Positions 28,069 to 35,216 of a stretch of 61,942 nt of DNA are shown here, piece by piece. A model generated the notes under the pieces. The model was not told the DNA's origin and did no database searches. It saw nothing but the letters and a program-made list of their open reading frames with translations. Position 1 is the first letter of the stretch; each line of letters opens with the position of its first letter. A program made the position numbers and the translations under genes. This stretch comes from a virus (lineage: Duplodnaviria; Caudoviricetes), in IMG/VR virus record IMGVR_UViG_3300044533_000356, positions 1-61,942 of that record, one strand, 5' to 3'.

Positions 28069-29190
28069 TTACACGGCGTAGGACTGGTCGAATATCTCGG
28101 CCAGCACTGCTGTGGGGTCATACGTTGCGCTGTTCTTGAGCGCAGTGGCAAGCACCTGCTCGTCGATCTTGTTGCGGTCAATCAGGCGCTCGGCCATCTC
28201 TGGGTCTTCGGGCCACACGGACTCACACATCATCTCAATGAGCCACTGCTTACTGCCAGCTTGCGCATCGTACAAAGCCTCCTGAAGCTCGATGGTGTAA
28301 GAGTCATGGTCATAGTCGGCATCATCAAGGTGATGCCACTTAGTCCAGTCGCTTGCATAGGCAGAACTGACACCCGTCAGGGGAGTCCCTGCGTATGCGC
28401 CGTACCCCCAGTCCATGTACTCCACCACAGTTGGGTCACGGTCAGTGGGCAGGGAGTCCCAGTCGATGAGCGCCACACGATCGGCCAGTGCTTGGAAGTG
28501 GACGATGTCGAGCGACTCCTTGTCACTGTGCTCAGAGTAGTAGCCCACGCTGATGTTGGTGCACTCGGGTATGACCTCGATGAACTCGGCCGTGTCGGTA
28601 TACACCCCTGTGTTGTCGGGCAGGTACATCAGCGTCATGTCCTCGTTGAGCGCGGCACTGAGGGCATCGGCAAACGCATCAGAGCAGCAGCGCCCACGGC
28701 CTTGGTGTGTGATGACACTGTCGATACCCCTGCGGTCAAACGCAATCGCCCGGTCGAACTCAGCCAGTAGCTTGGCGTCATGCTTGGCCAGATGCGTAGC
28801 ACCGATACCGCCGCACTCCTCACCTTGCGTGAAGATGTAGTAGGCAGGCACACCGCTGTGCATCAAGTGCATGAGCATCGCCACACCCGCGCCATCATCG
28901 GCCCCCAAAGCTGCACCGTCAGCGTACCAGTAGGTAGGCGTCTGCTTGATCTTGTTGGGGCCCTCCTTGCGGTGCACAGTGTCAACGTGCGCAACGAACA
29001 GCGTCCGGTTGGATGAGTTGAGCCGCGTGTCAACGTGCAGGTTGCCAGCAGCATCGCGCTTGATGCGAGCATCAGCAGGGACACGTTGCTCAAGCCAGTC
29101 AGTCAAGCGGCGTGTACCCTCGCTGTTGTGTGGGCGCATCATCGAGAGCGCACGGGCAAGAGTCTTGTACAGGATAGTGTGTTTGTTCAT
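28069..29190 (-). CDS. M20/M28-type zinc peptidase
   Basis: AHVDTVH, GADDGAG, EECGG, FDRRG and SVGYYSEH metal-ligand motifs. Confidence 0.8.
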   Translation of the reverse strand: MNKHTILYKTLARALSMMRPHNSEGTRRLTDWLEQRVPADARIKRDAAGNLHVDTRLNSSNRTLFVAHVDTVHRKEGPNKIKQTPTYWYADGAALGADDGAGVAMLMHLMHSGVPAYYIFTQGEECGGIGATHLAKHDAKLLAEFDRAIAFDRRGIDSVITHQGRGRCCSDAFADALSAALNEDMTLMYLPDNTGVYTDTAEFIEVIPECTNISVGYYSEHSDKESLDIVHFQALADRVALIDWDSLPTDRDPTVVEYMDWGYGAYAGTPLTGVSSAYASDWTKWHHLDDADYDHDSYTIELQEALYDAQAGSKQWLIEMMCESVWPEDPEMAERLIDRNKIDEQVLATALKNSATYDPTAVLAEIFDQSYAV

Positions 29191-30629
29191 TTGGTTTCTC
29201 CATCAGTTTCGTTGGTTGTTGTCTCAAGGTCTAGCTCGGCTTGCTCTGGCTCAGGCGCATGGTCGGGGTGGTACAGGGAGCCATCCACCTCTACGCTGTC
29301 GGTGTCATCGGTGTACCAGTTGTATGAGTCCTGACACTGCCAGCAGTCATCTTTGAGCTCGTACTGATTGCTGTCCTCGGTGTAGCAGATGTCATCGTCA
29401 TCGGTATGGTAGTACGCATCACAGGACTCGACATACACAGCGTTGTCACTGTGCGTGTAGTCACCGTCATGCAGCTCCACGATGTCGTTGTCGCTAAGCC
29501 AGTCGCTGTCGTACCAGTCACCTTCTTGCGTCTGCACTGCGTTCTCGTTGTGCACGTAATACTCGTGACGCCTGCGGCCATTCACCCTCGTGTAGTTGTC
29601 GATGCAACACGGGCCGACTGTACTGTCGCCGCCATAGCCGATCGAGTAACTGTCGTCCTCGTCCATGCCCTCGCCGCAGTCATCGCAGGTACAGGTGTGG
29701 CCGTTGATGTGCCCACTTGTGCTGCACGCCTCGTACCCGTTGTAGTCGGAGATGTGGAAGGTGTCGTCCTCCTCGACAACGTGCTGGTTGCCGCCGTCGA
29801 TGTATGGCATGAGGAACCCGTCACGCCGTAGCGGGTAGCGCATGATGTGGATGTGGTCAGGCCAGCCGCGCCACTTGGCATAACCCAAGCCCTTGAGATA
29901 CGCCTCGATAGCCTCGTCAGCACCTGAGTGCGAGCTGTACTCACGCTCTCGTTTGTATGAGCGCACGAACCCCTTGTCACCATCCTCGCTCTCGTGCACA
30001 AGGCAGCGACCCAGCACCATGCCGTCAGTGTCAGTCCGCACAGCCATGCCCCAGCCAAGCGATGGGTCGTACACCTCGTAAGGGTGGCGCTCTTGCTTGT
30101 CATGGCACATGATGTCGAAGCTCGAACTCATACATGAGCGAGGCCCGTGTATCACAGCGTGAACCATCTTGTCCATCTCCTTGGTGAGTATGGTCGAGCC
30201 ACCATACGTGTACTTGGCACCGATGTCCCGGATCAGGTTCGATGGTGCGTCAGGGAAGTGACGCGTCAAGTACTTACCGATGGTGGTCACGACAGCCTTG
30301 GCATCGCTGTCGCCGTTGTGCATAGCGGACTGCTCGTTGCGTGTGTAGGCTATGCGGTTGGGGTCAGTCAGCGCCTTGTGTGGCCACTCAAGCAACAGTT
30401 GCTGCCAGTCCTCGGCACGATACTTGTGCTCGGTCATCATGTCGAACACAGCAGGGTGCAGGCTGTGGCGTGTGCGCTGTTGGTTGAACCACTCGCGACC
30501 CGGTGTAACGAGGCGGTAGTTGCCGTAGCTGATGCGCTCATGCACACCGTCAGAGACGATGCGTGCGGCGGCGAAGAATACGTAGTCCATGAAGTGGTGT
30601 GCTTCAACTCTGTCTTTCCATGTAGGCAT
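29187..30629 (-). CDS. Hypothetical early protein with acidic Cys/Tyr-rich repetitive C-terminus
   Basis: GPRSCM and PYIDGG motifs, CDDC; GGAG RBS at ATG 30629; coupled to peptidase. Confidence 0.7.
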   Translation of the reverse strand: MPTWKDRVEAHHFMDYVFFAAARIVSDGVHERISYGNYRLVTPGREWFNQQRTRHSLHPAVFDMMTEHKYRAEDWQQLLLEWPHKALTDPNRIAYTRNEQSAMHNGDSDAKAVVTTIGKYLTRHFPDAPSNLIRDIGAKYTYGGSTILTKEMDKMVHAVIHGPRSCMSSSFDIMCHDKQERHPYEVYDPSLGWGMAVRTDTDGMVLGRCLVHESEDGDKGFVRSYKREREYSSHSGADEAIEAYLKGLGYAKWRGWPDHIHIMRYPLRRDGFLMPYIDGGNQHVVEEDDTFHISDYNGYEACSTSGHINGHTCTCDDCGEGMDEDDSYSIGYGGDSTVGPCCIDNYTRVNGRRRHEYYVHNENAVQTQEGDWYDSDWLSDNDIVELHDGDYTHSDNAVYVESCDAYYHTDDDDICYTEDSNQYELKDDCWQCQDSYNWYTDDTDSVEVDGSLYHPDHAPEPEQAELDLETTTNETDGETK

Positions 30630-30692
30630 TTTGCTTTCTCCAGTTTCAGATTTTAGGAAGTGATGGGTATGGTCGCCACCCATCAAGGCGCT

Positions 30693-30711
30693 GTGATACA
30701 CCCTGTATCAC
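30693..30711. promoter_or_regulatory. Palindromic site A2 (GTGATAC-ACCCT-GTATCAC)
   Basis: 4 bp after the stop at 30716. Confidence 0.75.
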
Positions 30712-30715
30712 GGAT

Positions 30716-30943
30716 TCACTCAACGACAACAGTCCAGCCCATCGCCTCGATGACGCGTTTGAGGGATGGGTCTGGCGTCATGCCAACGACAATCGTTGCA
30801 GTCTTGTCGGTGTGGTTGATACGCACCATCGTCATTGATCGAGGCACCATCCATATACCGCCATCCTTGACGGTGTCGAACATGTTGCGTGTCCACTTGA
30901 CTGCGTTGCTCATGCCCGCTTTGGTGTTGAGGTCGTAGTTCAT
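30716..30943 (-). CDS. Hypothetical protein
   Basis: ATGA coupling with upstream gene. Confidence 0.65.
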   Translation of the reverse strand: MNYDLNTKAGMSNAVKWTRNMFDTVKDGGIWMVPRSMTMVRINHTDKTATIVVGMTPDPSLKRVIEAMGWTVVVE

Positions 30944-31173
30944 TTGCGTCCTTTCTTCTTTGGTACTGTGAATGTGCCAAGCCACTCAGTGCCCGGCACT
31001 TGGGGCTGGAACATATTGATGTCGTACTCAGTGGTGTGCGGTACGGGCACACTGAACAGGTTGTAGGTGTACCCGTCCTCGTTCATAAGATCGAGCAGTG
31101 CGGGCAAGTCTCGCGTCTCGTTGGTTGTGGCCCATGTCGCTACGCTTGCGGCAAAAAAGTGTTGGTCTTTCAT
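30940..31173 (-). CDS. Hypothetical protein
   Basis: GGAG RBS, coupled. Confidence 0.65.
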   Translation of the reverse strand: MKDQHFFAASVATWATTNETRDLPALLDLMNEDGYTYNLFSVPVPHTTEYDINMFQPQVPGTEWLGTFTVPKKKGRK

Positions 31174-31382
31174 TACATTTCTCCTTTGATGAGCTGATCC
31201 ATGCGGTGTTGGCGGTAGAACTTGCAGAACAAGTCCCCGAACGCCGTGAGTAGGCGCTCTCTGTTGGTGGTGTCCGCTACGTAGAACGCACGGGCTATGT
31301 GCCCTGCAAAGCTACCGCCCTCACGCTCCATCAGTAGTGCCGCTGATAACAGCATGTCGTGGTCTAAGTCCATTGCTTTCAT
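31173..31382 (-). CDS. Hypothetical protein
   Basis: GGSFAGHIARAFYVAD..NRERL motif; AAGGAG RBS. Confidence 0.7.
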   Translation of the reverse strand: MKAMDLDHDMLLSAALLMEREGGSFAGHIARAFYVADTTNRERLLTAFGDLFCKFYRQHRMDQLIKGEM

Positions 31383-31399
31383 TTGCTTTCTCCTTGTGA

Positions 31400-31672
31400 T
31401 TAAAGTGTGCAGTACCAGCGATGGGCGCTGATACGTTTGGTTTTTAGGCGTACGTTTAGCGTCTGGTGCAGGTACGTGTTGAAACTCTTGACTGGCACAG
31501 ACTCGGTGACGCCAGTGGAAGTCTTGCGTATCTGATCGCTCTCTATGATCACAAAGCCTTGTGCTTGCATCGTCTGGTACAGCGCAGGCCAGTCGTGCGT
31601 TACCACAACCTTGGTCGGTACAGGCGTGGGCGGTAGTGTCCATGCCTCGGCGGGTATGTCTTCGATCCTCAT
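31400..31672 (-). CDS. Hypothetical protein
   Basis: AAGGAG RBS. Confidence 0.6.
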   Translation of the reverse strand: MRIEDIPAEAWTLPPTPVPTKVVVTHDWPALYQTMQAQGFVIIESDQIRKTSTGVTESVPVKSFNTYLHQTLNVRLKTKRISAHRWYCTL

Positions 31673-31881
31673 TTGCTTTCTCCTTGGTTAAGTAAGTTGT
31701 CACGCCATGCGTCAAGCTGGGCGAGCACACTCTTGCGTGTGCCCTCGTACCCCATCATCTTGAGCGTTGAGTAGGCCGTTGGCCCACGGGACTTACTCAT
31801 GCCTAGCATCTCCAGCTTGAGCATCTGGCGCAGAATTAAGAGGCGAGCCGCTTCGATCTGGTGTCCGGTCAGTGTTGTCAT
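31669..31881 (-). CDS. Hypothetical protein
   Basis: LKLEMLGMSKSRG motif; AAGGAG RBS. Confidence 0.7.
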   Translation of the reverse strand: MTTLTGHQIEAARLLILRQMLKLEMLGMSKSRGPTAYSTLKMMGYEGTRKSVLAQLDAWRDNLLNQGESK

Positions 31882-31951
31882 GGATGTTTCTCCTTGCCGC
31901 CCCGTTGAGGTAGGCTCCACCATGCGGGCGGCGTTGCATGGTTGAGTGGTT

Positions 31952-31972
31952 GGTGATACACCGTGTATCACC
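31952..31972. promoter_or_regulatory. Palindromic site A3 (GGTGATAC-ACCGT-GTATCACC)
   Basis: 4 bp after the stop at 31977. Confidence 0.75.
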
Positions 31973-31976
31973 GTGG

Positions 31977-32717
31977 TTATTTGATAAGGCCGTGCCATGT
32001 GCGTGGTAGGACTGCGGGTGGGTTGCTGTCCAGTACGTGTTGCGCCCTGTACATATCATCAAGCTGGCGGTCTAGCTTGGCTTTGGTGTCCGGGTCTTGC
32101 GTCACCTCGTACTCACGCTCGGCACTGGCGATGGCGTTGACCAGTTCCGTAGCCAGTGCAAAACTTTGCGCCTTGTGTTGGGGCTTGGTCATGCGGCGCT
32201 CAAACGGGGTCTTGCGTTTGCCTCGGGGCGGTTGGGGCAGGGAGTCGAACACAGCGGTGATGCGTTGCCTGTCGCTTGCCTTCACGTAGTCCGTCCAGTG
32301 CTCTCCGTTGTGGGGTATGACACGACCCGTCTCCTCCTTGAGATAGGCCACGAACTGTTTAGGCGTGTGCTCCGAACTGTCGCGCACCTTGACCAAGCGT
32401 TCGATCACGCCGGTGATCGCTGTCTCGTAGGCACACAAGGCGTCCCACTTGCGCTGATCGTCCGGCGTTAGCTTCTTGGTCTGGGTCTTGCGAACGTACA
32501 CAGTCTGGCGCTCGGCTCTTGCCGCCGCGAGTAGTGCCTCCCAACTGTTGGCCACGGTGGTGGCTTTGATGCGGGCTTTTCGGCGCTCGGATTTCATCTC
32601 TTGCACACGGGCCACGATCTGCCCAACGAACACAGACGGTAGCTTTTTCTCAGTTAAGAGATCACGCAAGCGGGCTTCGCTTACGTCAAGCCACCATGAT
32701 TTGATGGTTTCATCCAT
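31977..32717 (-). CDS. Hypothetical early protein (246 aa)
   Basis: AAGGAG RBS before ATG 32717; NGEHWTDYV and PRTWHGL motifs. Confidence 0.7.
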   Translation of the reverse strand: MDETIKSWWLDVSEARLRDLLTEKKLPSVFVGQIVARVQEMKSERRKARIKATTVANSWEALLAAARAERQTVYVRKTQTKKLTPDDQRKWDALCAYETAITGVIERLVKVRDSSEHTPKQFVAYLKEETGRVIPHNGEHWTDYVKASDRQRITAVFDSLPQPPRGKRKTPFERRMTKPQHKAQSFALATELVNAIASAEREYEVTQDPDTKAKLDRQLDDMYRAQHVLDSNPPAVLPRTWHGLIK

Positions 32718-32747
32718 GAAAAACTCCTTAAATAATGGGTTGGTCAG

Positions 32748-33060
32748 AAAACTGTCCGATTTGGTTAGTCGTATGTCGCCCGGTTTGGACGGTCGCAAAC
32801 CCGCATGGGCATTGGGTTTGCGCTGTTTTTGTCCAGCTATCTATCTTTTTTAAAAACATATATAGCCTGAACCTTTCTTTAAGTTAATTGAACAAACTGA
32901 GCTTCTGAGTTTACACCTACTACTAACACCTATTCTTCTATACTATAAAGTTTTTTTATAGATAGATAGATAGACAGTTTTGAGCGGGGCCACGCAACCA
33001 TGCGGGTTTGCGGCCGTCCGTACTGCAAAACTTGGACTAATCTTTTTGGACACTATTTTT
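32748..33060. repeat. Long imperfect inverted repeat around an AT-rich core (candidate replication origin)
   Basis: 32787-32808 versus 32998-33019 (22 bp, 1 mismatch); inner CTATCTATC.../...GATAGATAG arms; non-coding. Confidence 0.7.
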
Positions 33061-33076
33061 TGGGTTATTTTAAGGT

Positions 33077-33097
33077 GGTGATACAAACTGTATCACC
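33077..33097. promoter_or_regulatory. Palindromic site A4 (GGTGATAC-AAACT-GTATCACC)
   Basis: 2 bp after the stop at 33100. Confidence 0.75.
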
Positions 33098-33099
33098 GA

Positions 33100-33324
33100 T
33101 CAGAAGCCGTCCAAGGGGCGTTGCTGGCGTATGTTGATCTCATGCCAGAGCTGGGACATGGATGCACAGGGTATCGAGACGGTCGTGCCTACCATCGCCA
33201 CGCTTGCGACCCAGTAGGGGTCACGCTTACCCTTGGGGTAGTGGATTTGAGCGCACCAAAGTGCGCCAGCTTGGTCACGCCATTGGGCGATTGTTTCGGT
33301 GGTGGGTTGCTTGAGGTTACGCAT
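33100..33324 (-). CDS. Hypothetical protein
   Basis: AAGGAG RBS. Confidence 0.65.
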   Translation of the reverse strand: MRNLKQPTTETIAQWRDQAGALWCAQIHYPKGKRDPYWVASVAMVGTTVSIPCASMSQLWHEINIRQQRPLDGF

Positions 33325-33392
33325 GGAAGTTTCTCCTTGTCGGGCAGGATTGCCCCTTCAGCCCACGCTAGGAATGGGCTGAAAGAGTTTCC

Positions 33393-33536
33393 TTACCAGT
33401 CGCGTGTATCAGGGTTGTCGATGCGGTACTCCCGCAAGGCTTGGCCAAGGGCTGTAGCCCATCGCTTTTTGCCGGTACGCCAGCAGTAGGCTTGTAATTC
33501 GAGTAGGCGGGCGAAGTAATCTATATTGGTTTTCAT
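33393..33536 (-). CDS. Hypothetical protein (47 aa)
   Basis: GGAGAAACTTCC leader identical to that of the adjacent gene. Confidence 0.55.
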   Translation of the reverse strand: MKTNIDYFARLLELQAYCWRTGKKRWATALGQALREYRIDNPDTRDW

Positions 33537-33638
33537 GGAAGTTTCTCCAAAGGACACGCATGGCCAGTGCGTTTGACACGGGGAGGAACAACGGGCCAGC
33601 CGCGCCCGTTGAAGGTTATGCAAGAAACGCATAAAGTT

Positions 33639-33659
33639 GGTGATACGCCGTGTATCACC
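33639..33659. promoter_or_regulatory. Palindromic site A5 (GGTGATAC-GCCGT-GTATCACC)
   Basis: 2 bp after the stop at 33662. Confidence 0.75.
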
Positions 33660-33661
33660 GA

Positions 33662-34099
33662 TTACTTCAGGGCGTTGAGCAAAGCGATGGCCGCTTTGAT
33701 TTTCGCCGCACGATCTTTGCCCTCGAAGTTGCCAAGGAACTCCATCGCCATAGCCTTGGCCGCCGTGCTGATGCGCTGTTGCTTGGCAGGGGCTTTGGCT
33801 TTCTCAGGGGTGAACCACACCATGACGTTGCGTCTCCACGATTGGAACGCCGCACCGTGGCGTGACTCACGGGTGGATTCATCGCCGGTGTAGAACACGG
33901 CAGTCCCCGCCGTGTTCCATGTGTAGTTGCATCCGTACTTCGTAGCATGGACTTTTGCAAGCTCCTCAAGGAGCGTGATACACGGTGTATCACCAAGGGA
34001 TTGGGCCGCTTTGCTCATAGCATCCCCGTATGAGATGCCTGCAGTCAGGAAGTCAGAGTAGGCTTTGACGGCGGTTTCGATTGTGGTCAGTTTTTTCAT
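33662..34099 (-). CDS. First gene of the early arm, hypothetical protein (145 aa)
   Basis: GGAG RBS; contains palindromic site A6. Confidence 0.7.
   Translation of the reverse strand: MKKLTTIETAVKAYSDFLTAGISYGDAMSKAAQSLGDTPCITLLEELAKVHATKYGCNYTWNTAGTAVFYTGDESTRESRHGAAFQSWRRNVMVWFTPEKAKAPAKQQRISTAAKAMAMEFLGNFEGKDRAAKIKAAIALLNALK
33975..33993. promoter_or_regulatory. Palindromic site A6 (GTGATAC-ACGGT-GTATCAC), intragenic
   Basis: Same arms as A1-A5; lies in the codons for GDTPCIT. Confidence 0.7.
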
Positions 34100-34514
34100 G
34101 GATTTTCTCCGTTGGGTTGTTGTCTTGCAGGGCCATTCCCTACTCGACAAACCCTAGTTTCCGGCAACCCCCATTCGATAGCCCATGAGCCCCCTGTTTT
34201 CGAGGCAGAAAGGCCACTTTCCAGACCCCACCGTACCCCCATGGGCCTATATTAGAGCTTGACACAGCCGCATAGTACAACACTGTTCCCCACCCGCTTC
34301 CAGCATCTTTGTAATACCTAATACTTATTTTAAAAATACAGCCACCATTTTGTAAAACACTAGACAACCAACACCCACCCCCTGTATAAAAATACAGCCC
34401 TTGCAAAAAATTTTAAAAAAATTTCAAAAAACTCAGGCGTAAAAAAACCCCCCGTGTTGCCAAGGAGGGTTAAAGGGTTTCTCAACCCAAGGAGAAGCAA
34501 AGGACCAACCGAAG

Positions 34515-34544
34515 TTGCACCCAAGCCGGATGTGAGTATATACT
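34515..34544 (+). promoter_or_regulatory. Putative sigma70-type promoter for the packaging/structural arm
   Basis: TTGCAC-N18-TATACT upstream of the small terminase. Confidence 0.5.
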
Positions 34545-34595
34545 ACGGCCATCGGGACAGCAACCCGCAACTCCGGCTTTAGCCGTCAGGACCAA

Positions 34596-35216
34596 ATGTT
34601 AGATCACCTCATTGACTTCGACCCCGAAGTTTTACCCAAGTCACAAGCGCCCTCCCCAGCGGAGAAGGCCGCGCCCGTTGAGTTGCTGAACGGCAAGATC
34701 AGTACCAACGACTGGCTCAAGGAAATGGGAGTGCCTGACGCCGAAACGACCGTCTCCGAGTTGGAAAAGCAGCAAGCGCGGCAAACTTTCTCCGCGCTGA
34801 CAACCGCCTCTCCCATCACCACCCAGCATGAGATGGTCTCCAAGATAGAGACCCCAGCAGCCGTGCGCCATCTGGTAGGTATGCTGACCGCCTACGACTG
34901 GGAGTTTGTGCACCAAGCGCAAGAGCTGCGTGGGTACGCGGTGGCCAAGATTTTGGAGGAGTGCGAAAACCCCAATTCCAACATCCGGCTCAAAGCGCTG
35001 GGCCTGTTGGGCAAAGTCACGGAAATCGGCCTGTTCACCGAGAAGATCGAGGTCAAGAAGACTGATATGACCGAAGCGGAGATCGACCAGCGCCTTAAAG
35101 AGAAGCTGGCCAAGTTCATGGACGTGTCAGATGCCGACGTTACGGACCTTGTGGACATCACGCAAGTCACGCCAACCCCCATCCAAAATGACAACCAACC
35201 CACCGCTGACGCCTGA
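34596..35216 (+). CDS. Putative terminase small subunit
   Basis: Directly upstream of TerL; RLKALGLLGKV..GLFTEKIEV motif. Confidence 0.65.
   Translation: MLDHLIDFDPEVLPKSQAPSPAEKAAPVELLNGKISTNDWLKEMGVPDAETTVSELEKQQARQTFSALTTASPITTQHEMVSKIETPAAVRHLVGMLTAYDWEFVHQAQELRGYAVAKILEECENPNSNIRLKALGLLGKVTEIGLFTEKIEVKKTDMTEAEIDQRLKEKLAKFMDVSDADVTDLVDITQVTPTPIQNDNQPTADA

Noticed and set aside
30144-30155. Additional GTATCAC/GTGATAC half-sites (also near 25044)
   Set aside because: No partner arm at 5-bp spacing and intragenic; could be chance
32718-32798. Extended N-terminus of the 31977-32798 ORF
   Set aside because: Overlaps the inverted-repeat region; the strong RBS supports ATG 32717
33325-33392. 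tRNA-like element
   Set aside because: Two hairpins only; no T-loop GTTCRA or cloverleaf
28035-33993. CRISPR array or integron attC array
   Set aside because: Spacing is irregular (0.3-2.7 kb); there is no cas operon or integron integrase; sites lack attC R/L box architecture. The Cas4-like gene is a typical phage replication exonuclease
28035-33993. N4-type hairpin promoters for a virion RNA polymerase
   Set aside because: No RNA polymerase motifs recognised in the giant protein or elsewhere
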